From assembly GCA_043742785.1 (NCBI GenBank), contig JAYTXU010000019.1:1-60048 (forward strand): a stretch of DNA of 60,048 nt, given 5' to 3'. Below the pieces are notes generated by a model, which ran no database searches, was not told the origin of the DNA, and saw nothing but the letters and a program-made list of their open reading frames with translations. Within the stretch, counting starts at the first letter, position 1; every line of letters begins with the position of its first letter. The position numbers were made by a program, and so were the translations under genes. Below, piece by piece: positions 37,761 through 46,437 of the stretch. The DNA is from Candidatus Omnitrophota bacterium. GTDB taxonomy: Bacteria > Omnitrophota > Gorgyraeia > Zapsychrales > Fredricksoniimonadaceae.

Positions 37761-39138
37761 TATTATTACGATCGGCTCTGGCGGCGGCTCCAAGATCTCC
37801 TCACCTGCAGCATCCTTAGGGTTTAAGGTTGCTGTCATTGAAAAGGATCGATTAGGCGGGACCTGTTTAAACCGTGGATGCATTCCTTCAAAAATGCTTA
37901 TTCATCCTGCTGATGTAGCTTTGCATATTAAGGAAGCCCACCGCTTTGATATTCATAACAATCCTCAATTTACCGTCAACTTTGCCAAACTTATCAATCG
38001 CATCTCAGCAACTGTCGATAGTGATTCAGATAAAATTGCTGCCAGCTACAGCAAACATCCTAATATCACCTCTATCAAAGGTGAAGCTAAGTTTGTTAAT
38101 AATAAAACCATCGAAGCTAATGGCGAGCAATTAACCGCCGATAAAATTTTTATTGCTGTAGGCGCGAAGCCTCAAATACCAAATATTCCGGGCTTAGCTG
38201 GAACACCCTTTATGACCTCCACCGAAGCTTTACGCAATACATCCTTGCCTGAATCAATGATAATCCTAGGTGGCGGATATATCGCCTGCGAATTAGGACA
38301 TGCCTATGGTGCTTTAGGAACCCAAACACATTTTCTTGTGCGCTCTTCCCTTTTGCGTCATGAAGATTCAGAAGTCGCTGCTGAATTTCAAAAAGTCTTT
38401 AGTCAATATCATGATATGAAGTTTAGAGCAATACCAACTAAGGTGGAATACTCTAACAATCAATTTACCGTACACTTTACACAAAACGGACAAACCCAAT
38501 CCATCCGTGCTCAAAGCTTATTGATTGCCACCGGCATCACATCTAATACCGACACCTTAGATATCATCAACACTGATATAGAACTTAAATCCGGCGGATT
38601 AATTAAGGTTAATGAATTCTTAGAAACTTCTGTTGATGGAATCTACGCCATGGGTGACTGTGTTGGCAATTACTTCTTCCGCCATAGTGTGAATTTTGAA
38701 GGCGAATATCTCTTCGATCAGCTCTTTGGTGAGAAAATTCGAAAACCCATTGCCTATCCTCCCGTTCCTCATGCAGTCTTTACAAATCCTCAGGTCGCTG
38801 GAGTGGGTAAAACTGAAGATGAGTTAAAACAAGAAGGTGTCGATTACTTTGTTGGATTTAATCCTTATAAAAGCTCTGCTATGGGTATGGCACTTTTATC
38901 AGAGTCTGGATTTTGTAAGCTGCTCTTTGATCGTAAATCCCGCAAACTCTTAGGTGGTCATATTGTGGGAGAAGAGGCCTCTAATATGATTCATATGGTT
39001 ATTGCCTACATGAATATGAATGCCACCTTAGATGATCTGTTGCGCACGATTTATATTCACCCTGCATTGCCAGAAATTGTACGCAATGCTGCTAGAAAAG
39101 CAAAAACAGCTTTAGATAAAAATACAACCAGAGTATAA
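37738..39138 (+). CDS. Pyridine nucleotide-disulfide reductase (DLDH/mycothione reductase-like)
   Basis: 'GGTCLNRGCIPSK' redox disulfide, 'GGGYIACE', 'GDCVG', 'P.AVFT.PQ.A', 'HPALPE'. Confidence 0.85.
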   Translation: MTPLKKFDIITIGSGGGSKISSPAASLGFKVAVIEKDRLGGTCLNRGCIPSKMLIHPADVALHIKEAHRFDIHNNPQFTVNFAKLINRISATVDSDSDKIAASYSKHPNITSIKGEAKFVNNKTIEANGEQLTADKIFIAVGAKPQIPNIPGLAGTPFMTSTEALRNTSLPESMIILGGGYIACELGHAYGALGTQTHFLVRSSLLRHEDSEVAAEFQKVFSQYHDMKFRAIPTKVEYSNNQFTVHFTQNGQTQSIRAQSLLIATGITSNTDTLDIINTDIELKSGGLIKVNEFLETSVDGIYAMGDCVGNYFFRHSVNFEGEYLFDQLFGEKIRKPIAYPPVPHAVFTNPQVAGVGKTEDELKQEGVDYFVGFNPYKSSAMGMALLSESGFCKLLFDRKSRKLLGGHIVGEEASNMIHMVIAYMNMNATLDDLLRTIYIHPALPEIVRNAARKAKTALDKNTTRV

Positions 39139-39146
39139 TATCTGCC

Positions 39147-39875
39147 ATGCGTCATTCGGACACAGCCATATCTATTAGAAATCTAACAAAATTCTATAAA
39201 AACTTTCAAGCTTTAGACAAAGTCTCTTTTGAAGTCAAACGCGGGGATTTCTTTGCCTTCCTAGGCCCCAATGGCGCTGGCAAAACAACCACCATCAATT
39301 GCCTAACCGGACTTTCCAATTATCAAAGCGGTGATGTTAAAGTTTTTGGCTACGATGTCACAGCTGAGTATCTCAATTCCCGTCGTCTCATTGGTCTATG
39401 CGCTCAGGAATTTAATTTTGATCCTTTTTTAACCATCTATCAACTTTTAGTCTATCAAGCGGAATATTTTGGTATCCCCCCTGTTGAATCTAAAAAGCGT
39501 GCTAATCAATTGTTAGAACGTTTTGGACTAACAGATAAACGCAACTGTAAACACCGAGCGCTCTCAGGTGGGATGAAAAAACGCCTGCTTCTATGCCGCG
39601 CTTTGATTCACGATCCTGAAATTCTTATTCTTGATGAACCAACTGCCGGCTGTGACTTAGAATTAAAATTTTTAATCTGGGATTATCTAGCTCAACTGAA
39701 TCGTGAAGGTAAAACTATTTTCTTAACCACCCATTACATGGAAGAAGCAGAAAAGCTTTGTAAAACAATTGGCATCATCAATCACGGCCGTATTGTGCGT
39801 ATTGGTGATAAGAAACAAATCCTCCAGGATAAAAGCCTTGAAGAAATCTTTCTTGAGATAACAGGAGCTGAATAA
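39147..39875 (+). CDS. ABC-2 type ATP-binding protein (YadG-like)
   Basis: GPNGAGKTT, LSGGMKKR, 'LDEPTAG', 'TTHYMEEAE'. Confidence 0.9.
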   Translation: MRHSDTAISIRNLTKFYKNFQALDKVSFEVKRGDFFAFLGPNGAGKTTTINCLTGLSNYQSGDVKVFGYDVTAEYLNSRRLIGLCAQEFNFDPFLTIYQLLVYQAEYFGIPPVESKKRANQLLERFGLTDKRNCKHRALSGGMKKRLLLCRALIHDPEILILDEPTAGCDLELKFLIWDYLAQLNREGKTIFLTTHYMEEAEKLCKTIGIINHGRIVRIGDKKQILQDKSLEEIFLEITGAE

Positions 39876-39876
39876 T

Positions 39877-40656
39877 ATGCTTCATTTAATCACCAACCCT
39901 ATCGGTGTCTGGGCATTATCCAAAAGAGAAATTCATCGTTTTGTATCGGTGGCTAATCAAACTATTTTTCCACCGCTAGTTTCCTCTGCTCTTTTTATGT
40001 ATATCTTTGGCGTAGCTATTGGCTCTAAAATTAATTTCTCTTCAACCGGCCTTTCCTATTTACAATTTATTGTTCCTGGGCTCATGACCATGCATTTAAT
40101 ATCCAGCTCTTATGAAAACACATCTTCATCGCTCTTCATCGGACGCTGGCATAATCACATTCAAGAAATTCTACTTTCACCATTATCTTATATGGAAATG
40201 GTTTTAGGACTTTTAGCAGGCGGAGTTGCTCGCGGAATGATCGTTTGCTTAGGCGTTTGGATCACGTCTCTTCTCTTTGCCCCAAGTCTTATTGCTCATC
40301 CATTGGCTCTACTTTATTTTATGGCAACTATCTCGGTGATTTTTTCCTGCGCTGGAATGATGGGGGCTTTATGGGCGGAAGATTTTGGAATGCTGTCTAT
40401 GTGGAATATCTATATCATTGTCCCTATGGCTTTGCTGGGTGGAGTCTTTCATCCCTTATCCATGTTGCCAACTCCCTTACAAATCATTTCCCACTTTAAT
40501 CCTATGTATTATTTGATTTGCGGTATTCGATGGAGCATGACGGGCAGCAGCGACACTTCTCTTCCCATCTGTGTCGGCGTAGCCTTCTTTCTGGCCAGCT
40601 TATTCTTTATTGCCACAGTCTACTTATTTAAAATTGGTTATAAACTACGCAGTTAA
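39877..40656 (+). CDS. ABC-2 type permease (YadH-like)
   Basis: 'QTIFPPLVS', 'YLQFIVPGL', 'LGGVFH', 'FNPMYY'; about 6 TM. Confidence 0.88.
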   Translation: MLHLITNPIGVWALSKREIHRFVSVANQTIFPPLVSSALFMYIFGVAIGSKINFSSTGLSYLQFIVPGLMTMHLISSSYENTSSSLFIGRWHNHIQEILLSPLSYMEMVLGLLAGGVARGMIVCLGVWITSLLFAPSLIAHPLALLYFMATISVIFSCAGMMGALWAEDFGMLSMWNIYIIVPMALLGGVFHPLSMLPTPLQIISHFNPMYYLICGIRWSMTGSSDTSLPICVGVAFFLASLFFIATVYLFKIGYKLRS

Positions 40657-40705
40657 TAAATAGTGACAGGCACTAATTATTTAATTAGTGCCTGTCACTA
40701 TTTAT
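40656..40705. terminator. Perfect 24-bp inverted repeat between convergent genes (bidirectional terminator / REP-like)
   Basis: ATAAATAGTGACAGGCACTAATTA-TT-TAATTAGTGCCTGTCACTATTTAT; contains the bolA stop codon. Confidence 0.75.
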
Positions 40706-40958
40706 CTCTAGCTTGAATCGCCAAGGCATGGACTCTTTCTTTAAGCGGTTCTTCAAGAGCAGCATAAATCATGCGATGACGCTCTAAGAGGGCTTTACCT
40801 ACAAAAGCTTTAGAAACAATCGAAACACTAAAATGAGTTCCACCATTCTTAGCATCAGGATTATGACCGGCATGCTTAGCAGAGTCATCAATCACCTCTA
40901 AAAACTCGGGCTGGAATGTTGCTTGTAGGATTTTTTCAATCTTTGCTTTCATCATCAT
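40698..40958 (-). CDS. bolA: BolA family protein
   Basis: 'DDSAKHAGH', 'GTHF...IVS..F.GK..LERHR.IY', 'VHALAI'. Confidence 0.93.
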   Translation of the reverse strand: MMMKAKIEKILQATFQPEFLEVIDDSAKHAGHNPDAKNGGTHFSVSIVSKAFVGKALLERHRMIYAALEEPLKERVHALAIQARDK

Positions 40959-40981
40959 TTAATATTATACTATAGCCCGCT

Positions 40982-42271
40982 ATGAACAAACTTACTTTAT
41001 CTAATAATTTCTCACAAACCATCTGTGTAGCCTGTATTCAAAAAGAACAGAAAAATGTCCACCTGTGGCTTAAAACTTATGAGGAAAACTATACCCCCAT
41101 TTACAGCTCGGTAGATATTCGTGATGCAGGCTTTAAAATTGCCGTCGTTGATACAAACCTTTTCCCTGCCGGCTTTAATAATTTATGCGAACACGGGTTT
41201 AAAGATGCTATCAATCTCTTTAAAAATGCCATCAACAAAAGAGTTCCTGGTGCCAAAAAAATTCTTATTACCGCTGAAGAACACACACGTAATACCTGGT
41301 ATCTAGAAAATATCCGTATCCTGCAAGAAATTATTCAAAAAGCAGGATTCGAAGCAACCATCGCTACTTTTTTTACTAAAGAACCTTCCTTTTGTGAACA
41401 AGCGGCCAGCGCTCTTGAATTAGAAACCGCTGCAGGTAAAACCGTTAAAATTCATTGTTTCAAAAAAATCACAGAGAAAATCCAAAATAACGAAGCCCGT
41501 TTTGATTTAATGCTCATGAATAACGATTTAATGGGAGGCATTCCTCAGGCCTTAATCGACGCTGGGATCCCTATGTTCCCCTCCATTCATGCCGGATGGC
41601 ACTCTCGTTTGAAATCAGAGCATTTTCGTCATACCAATGAACTCATGAAAGAATTTGCCCAGATGGTTGGCGTTGATCCCTGGCTATTTTCCTGTCTTTA
41701 TCGAAGCGTTGATGAAATAGACATAAATAAAGAAGACGATCGACAAAGACTTTACACCCATGCCAAAGATCTATTTAACGAAATTCAAGCCAAATATACT
41801 CAATACAGTATCGAAGACAAACCTTTTATTTTTATCAAAGCTAACAGCGGCACCTATGGCTTAGGCGTTATCCCCCTTGAGAACCCTGAACAAATCTTGG
41901 AATTAAACAGCCGTAAACGCAAAGATCTCTCAAGGGACAAAGCTGCCCAAGAAGTCACCAGCTTCTTACTTCAAGAAGGAGTTCCAACCATTCACCGTAT
42001 TGAAGAAAATCCTTCAGAAGTTTGTATTTATCAAATTGATAATAATTTTGTGGGTGGATTTTATCGATTCCATACTGGAAAAAGTTCTAGGGAAAACCTC
42101 AACTCCCCTGGCGGCATGACCTTCCAAAAGATGTGTCCTCATTTGGACAAATACGGCAAGGACTGCGGCGTTGAACACAATTTAAACGTTTTTGATATTT
42201 ACCGCATTCTAGCGCGCGTTGCTGGCGTTGCTGCAACCCGCGAAATCAAAGACCTGGAGAAAAAGAAATGA
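40982..42271 (+). CDS. gshA: Glutamate-cysteine ligase, divergent ATP-grasp type (PF08886-like)
   Basis: 'PIYSSVDIRDAGFK..VDTNLFPAGFNNL', 'E.HTRN..YLEN', 'GWHSRLKS.HF', 'KANSGTYG.G', 'LQEGV', 'GGFYR.H', 'ENLNSPG'; adjacent to gshB. Confidence 0.85.
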   Translation: MNKLTLSNNFSQTICVACIQKEQKNVHLWLKTYEENYTPIYSSVDIRDAGFKIAVVDTNLFPAGFNNLCEHGFKDAINLFKNAINKRVPGAKKILITAEEHTRNTWYLENIRILQEIIQKAGFEATIATFFTKEPSFCEQAASALELETAAGKTVKIHCFKKITEKIQNNEARFDLMLMNNDLMGGIPQALIDAGIPMFPSIHAGWHSRLKSEHFRHTNELMKEFAQMVGVDPWLFSCLYRSVDEIDINKEDDRQRLYTHAKDLFNEIQAKYTQYSIEDKPFIFIKANSGTYGLGVIPLENPEQILELNSRKRKDLSRDKAAQEVTSFLLQEGVPTIHRIEENPSEVCIYQIDNNFVGGFYRFHTGKSSRENLNSPGGMTFQKMCPHLDKYGKDCGVEHNLNVFDIYRILARVAGVAATREIKDLEKKK

Positions 42272-43203
42272 AATTCTTGTTTTTAATGGACCATCTTGAA
42301 ACAATTAAGATGGAAAAAGACACCACCTTCATTTTTATGCTGGAATCTTTTAAACGAGGACACGAAATCTATTACGTCCCTAAAGACGGCCTTAGCTTAA
42401 TTGATGGAAAAATCTTTTTTAATGCCACCAAGGTTTCCCCTCAATCTATTATTCATGAACCATTTCTAATTGGACAACGAACACAGCTTTCACAAAAAGA
42501 CGTCCATGCTATTTTTGTCCGTCCTGACCCTCCTTTTGATGCACAATATTTAATGAATACCTGGATTCTAGATCATCTGCCTAAAAAGATTGCTGTGATT
42601 AATAGTCCGTCTGGAATTCGCACCGTTAATGAAAAAGTTTGGGCTGCCCAATTTACAGATATCACTCCTGCCACCATCATTTCCAGTAATCAGCAAGATT
42701 TGTCAGATTTTATTGCTAAACATAAAAATGTGATCGCCAAACCAACGAATGCCTTTGGGGGGCAGTCCGTCTTTCATATTGAAAATGGACACACCAATAC
42801 CAATGTCATCCTAGAAACATTAAGCCAAGGATACGATCAGGCGATCATTCTACAGAAATATATTCCAGATGCTAAAAATGGTGATAAAAGGATACTGCTG
42901 CTTAATGGAGAAATTTTAGGAGCCGTGCTTCGCGTGCATGGAAAGGGCGAACATCGTAATAATTTTTATGCCGGCGGAAAAGCCATGGCTGTAACTGTTA
43001 ATAAACGCGACAAAGAGATTGTCAACATTCTTAAACCCCACTTACAGAAACTCGGGCTTTATTTTGTTGGTATTGATATTTTGGGCGACTACTTGATAGA
43101 GGTGAATGTGACCTCCCCTACCTGTCTGCAGGAAATGAATAAGCTTTACAAGAAATCATTAGAAGAAAAAGTCATTGATTTTGTAGAAAAATTGGTAAAA
43201 TAA
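42268..43203 (+). CDS. gshB: Glutathione synthetase
   Basis: 'DTT', 'R.DPPFD..Y', 'NEK', 'GDKRILL.NG', 'RNNF..GG', 'FVGIDILG..L.EVNVTSPT'. Confidence 0.96.
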   Translation: MKFLFLMDHLETIKMEKDTTFIFMLESFKRGHEIYYVPKDGLSLIDGKIFFNATKVSPQSIIHEPFLIGQRTQLSQKDVHAIFVRPDPPFDAQYLMNTWILDHLPKKIAVINSPSGIRTVNEKVWAAQFTDITPATIISSNQQDLSDFIAKHKNVIAKPTNAFGGQSVFHIENGHTNTNVILETLSQGYDQAIILQKYIPDAKNGDKRILLLNGEILGAVLRVHGKGEHRNNFYAGGKAMAVTVNKRDKEIVNILKPHLQKLGLYFVGIDILGDYLIEVNVTSPTCLQEMNKLYKKSLEEKVIDFVEKLVK

Positions 43204-43210
43204 CTCCTCT

Positions 43211-43450
43211 ATGAACACTCCTACACTTTATCACTTTGCCGGATGTCCTTATTGTCAACGCGTGCGAGATTATCTTGCCAAAGAAAATATCAGCATTCCT
43301 TTGAAAGATACTCACCAAAATCCAGCTTACAAAGAAGAGCTTTTCAAGATTGGCGGAAAAACTCAAGTTCCCTGCCTTGTGATCGACGGCAAACCTCTTT
43401 ATGAATCCTTAAACATTATTGAATGGTTTAAGAAGAACTACAAGAAATGA
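43211..43450 (+). CDS. Dithiol glutaredoxin / GST-N-like protein
   Basis: CPYC active site, 'GGKTQVPCL.IDG..LYES'. Confidence 0.85.
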   Translation: MNTPTLYHFAGCPYCQRVRDYLAKENISIPLKDTHQNPAYKEELFKIGGKTQVPCLVIDGKPLYESLNIIEWFKKNYKK

Positions 43451-43704
43451 CATTAAACGAAATTAAAAAACTCATCGAAGAAAAGGTTCCCAACTCAACA
43501 GCCTATGTGTTGGATCCTATGAATGATGAGCAGCATCTGCAGGCTTTTGTAGTCTCTTCTTCGTTTGAAGGCTTGCCTGTTTTCAAACAACAACAACTAG
43601 TAATGTCTGCACTTAAAGATATTTTTTCTGTCGTGCACGCATTAGGTTTAAAAACATTTACACCCACGAAATGGGATGAAAACAAATCACAATACGGATA
43701 TTAA
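43447..43704 (+). CDS. BolA/IbaG family protein
   Basis: 'HLQAFVVSSSFEGL', 'VHALGLKTFTP'; directly upstream of the monothiol Grx. Confidence 0.85.
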   Translation: MTLNEIKKLIEEKVPNSTAYVLDPMNDEQHLQAFVVSSSFEGLPVFKQQQLVMSALKDIFSVVHALGLKTFTPTKWDENKSQYGY

Positions 43705-43717
43705 TAGGAGGAAATAC

Positions 43718-44029
43718 ATGTTATCAGAAAACTTAAAACAACAAATTGAAGGTGATATCAAGAATAACAAAGTTGTTATTTATATGAAGGGTACTGCCGA
43801 TGCTCCTATGTGTGGTTTTTCTGCTAAATCCGTACAAATTTTACAATCCTATCAAGTACCCATCAAAGACCACAATGTACTAGCCTCTGAAGAACTTCGC
43901 CAAGGTATTAAAGAATTCACCAATTGGCCAACTGTTCCACAAATTTTTATCAACGGTGAGTTTGTTGGAGGATGCGACATCATTACAGAAATGCATGAAA
44001 ACGGTGAATTAGCCCAAATGCTCAAGTAG
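43718..44029 (+). CDS. grxD: Monothiol glutaredoxin (Grx4 family)
   Basis: 'MKGT...PMCGFS', 'WPTVPQIFINGEFVGGCDI'; start ATG 43718 with AGGAGG SD. Confidence 0.95.
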   Translation: MLSENLKQQIEGDIKNNKVVIYMKGTADAPMCGFSAKSVQILQSYQVPIKDHNVLASEELRQGIKEFTNWPTVPQIFINGEFVGGCDIITEMHENGELAQMLK

Positions 44030-45028
44030 GCTATAGGGATAAATTCCTGAAGCATGCCCATCATTCCAATTAATTCCAACGGCATAATTACCTAACAACG
44101 TAATTTCTTTAGGGGCAATATCAAGACGGATTTTAGCAGGATTAAGAATCTTCTTTCCTGTTATTTCATTAATACATACCGCACATTGGCACGATAAACG
44201 CACCTGACGGTTTTCCAATACTATCTCTCTACCATTATTAAATTTCAAACAAATACTCTGCGCATCAAAAGTAACTTGAGGAAGAATCCTTTGATCCTTA
44301 TTTTGTTCTTCAAGCTCTTTTAGCAAAGCCTGCGCCGTTTGTTGCATATAAATAGCCAAATCAAGATTAGAGACTAATGGAATCTCAGACAAAGTCTTAA
44401 CGCCAAAACGTTTCTCTAGAGTTTGATTATCTCCAAAAACATAATGTTTCTTATCGCAAGAATCACAAATAAAAAAAGCCATATTTTCTACAATACCTAA
44501 AATAGGAACCTTCACCTTCTCAAACATCAAAATCCCTCTTGATACATCAACTAAAGATAGAGTCTGACGAGTTGTTACAATCACAGCCCCTGTCAAACGT
44601 ACCGACTGAGTAATTGTTAATTGCACATCCCCTGTACCTGGAGGCATATCAATAATTAAATAATCAAGATCTGCCCATTCTGTCTTAAACAAGAGTTGCT
44701 GAATATAATTAGCAAGAATGGGTCCTCGCATCACCGCTGGCGCATCACCCAACAAGAATCCAAAAGACATAAGCTTTAAACCTTCAGCTTCTACAGGAAT
44801 GGCCATCTTAAATTCATTAATATGGATATCAACAGAAGATAAATTAAAAAGTGTAGGAATCGAGGGGCCGTGGATATCCGCATCCAGAAGACCAACCTTA
44901 AAGCCCTTTTGCAGTAATGCTCGGGCTAAACCTGCAGCAATAGTGGATTTGCCGACACCTCCCTTACAGGAAGAAACAGCAATAATGTTTTTAACTTTAG
45001 ATAAACCAAAAGGATTTGGAGAACTCAT
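44009..45028 (-). CDS. mrp: Mrp/ApbC/NBP35 Fe-S carrier ATPase fused to a C-terminal DUF971-like domain (HCF101-like)
   Basis: 'IIAVSSCKGGVGKST', 'DADIHGPS', 'DMPPGTGD', CxxC 'CDSC'; C-terminal 'CQCAVC..E.TG', 'GNYAV.I.W.DGH..GIY'. Confidence 0.88.
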   Translation of the reverse strand: MSSPNPFGLSKVKNIIAVSSCKGGVGKSTIAAGLARALLQKGFKVGLLDADIHGPSIPTLFNLSSVDIHINEFKMAIPVEAEGLKLMSFGFLLGDAPAVMRGPILANYIQQLLFKTEWADLDYLIIDMPPGTGDVQLTITQSVRLTGAVIVTTRQTLSLVDVSRGILMFEKVKVPILGIVENMAFFICDSCDKKHYVFGDNQTLEKRFGVKTLSEIPLVSNLDLAIYMQQTAQALLKELEEQNKDQRILPQVTFDAQSICLKFNNGREIVLENRQVRLSCQCAVCINEITGKKILNPAKIRLDIAPKEITLLGNYAVGINWNDGHASGIYPYSLLEHLG

Positions 45029-45035
45029 AGGACGC

Positions 45036-45063
45036 ATCCTACCAGAGGACTAATCATTGTCAA
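45036..45063 (-). promoter_or_regulatory. mrp promoter (probably leaderless)
   Basis: TTGACA-N16-TAGGAT, 7 nt before ATG 45028; no SD. Confidence 0.55.
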
Positions 45064-45088
45064 CGAATAGCATAATCTTAAAAAACTT

Positions 45089-45239
45089 TCTAAATATTAT
45101 TTTATTACTTAAGTAAATTTGGATCTTGTTTAGAATACTAGTGAAACAGTAGTTTTTTTCTAAAGCCAATGGCCTGAATTTTGCACAACGAGCTAAATCA
45201 ATAACAAATCTCTTTAAGTTTTTGTTTATCTGTGACCAT
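45089..45239 (-). pseudogene. Possible frameshifted 5' relic of an AbiEii-type nucleotidyltransferase toxin
   Basis: MVTDKQKLKE +1 FVIDLARCAKFRPLALEKNYCFTSILNKIQIYLSNKIIFR; resembles the AbiEii N-terminal 'EKDY.lt.iL...L.FKGGT' pattern and stops before GGT. Confidence 0.4.
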
Positions 45240-46185
45240 GTCTAAATTTCCTGAAAACAAAAAATATAACCCCTAAAACATTGCCTGTACAATTAGCCAA
45301 AGCCATAACAACTCGTCCCGGATAAGAACTAATATGTCTAGTAAATCCTACCCATTGAAAGCGTACATAAAAAACCAATGCCAACCAAAGAACAAACATG
45401 ACACATGATATATCACTAAAAATATTTTGTTGACCTATAACTCCAAATAACAAAAATATTAATCCTGCTAACAAGACATACGTTCCATAATTCAAAAAAG
45501 GGGGAGATCCCCATTTCAAACGTACAAATGTATTGTAAATTCCCCAACGAAAATATGAACGAAGAGTAGATGTAAAAGCTGAACGATGAAAATGAACCAA
45601 GGTAGCCTTTGAGGTGTAATAAATTTTAAAATTCTTTCTTAGACAACCTAGACAAAGATCAAGATCTTCAGAAAAACTTAACCTTTCATCAAAAAGATTT
45701 TCACGAATATAACTACCTCGAACTGCCATATTACAAGTGTGACTTTCTTGGACATATCCATCCCGAGAAGCAATGAAATTTGATCCCTCATTAACCATCT
45801 CCCAGTATGTCCCAGATGGAGGATCAATACTTCTTCCACTCGTAATCATTATCAGCTGCTCTAAATCAAATGGCTTTATAATTTCCTCAATCCAGCATTC
45901 GTCAGCCATACAATCAGAATCTAAAAATACGATATATTTTCCACAGCTTTGTTTAATTCCTCTATTTCTTGAATAAGCTGGACCACAATTACTTTCGTTA
46001 TAAATAAATATAAGCTTAGGGTTAATAAATCTCACTAATACTTGACGCGTATTATCCGTTGATCCATCATCCACTACTATTACTTCATAATCTCTTTCTA
46101 GAATCTGATTGAGCAGTGAATGTAAACATTGTTCAATAAATCCCTCTCTATTGTAAACAGCGATGATGACAGAAACAAGCTTCAC
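45226..46185 (-). CDS. Glycosyltransferase family 2 with C-terminal TM helices
   Basis: 'VSVII..YN', 'VVDDGSTD', 'GPA..RN.G', 'FLDSD', 'ED.DL'; GTG start. Confidence 0.9.
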   Translation of the reverse strand: MKLVSVIIAVYNREGFIEQCLHSLLNQILERDYEVIVVDDGSTDNTRQVLVRFINPKLIFIYNESNCGPAYSRNRGIKQSCGKYIVFLDSDCMADECWIEEIIKPFDLEQLIMITSGRSIDPPSGTYWEMVNEGSNFIASRDGYVQESHTCNMAVRGSYIRENLFDERLSFSEDLDLCLGCLRKNFKIYYTSKATLVHFHRSAFTSTLRSYFRWGIYNTFVRLKWGSPPFLNYGTYVLLAGLIFLLFGVIGQQNIFSDISCVMFVLWLALVFYVRFQWVGFTRHISSYPGRVVMALANCTGNVLGVIFFVFRKFRHGHR

Positions 46186-46437
46186 CCCTACCGCCCTCTT
46201 TAGATACTATCATTATTTAAATTTCTTAATTCATTACTTTATTTTGCTTTCAACACCAGTTTCACAAAAATTATAGCACGATTTTCTAAAAGATATTGGC
46301 AAAGCCATCTCTTTTTCTCTTTTTCAGGATAATTTTGTTTTATTTAATATAATAGATTCTTTAATATATTTCTTCTACAATAACGTTTCTTAATTTGAAT
46401 AATTATTATTACTGAATCTTTCTTCTACTCTTAAAAA

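Noticed and set aside
16583-40705. Palindromic repeats as a CRISPR array
   Set aside because: They are dispersed, variable and lack regular spacers; no cas genes in the window
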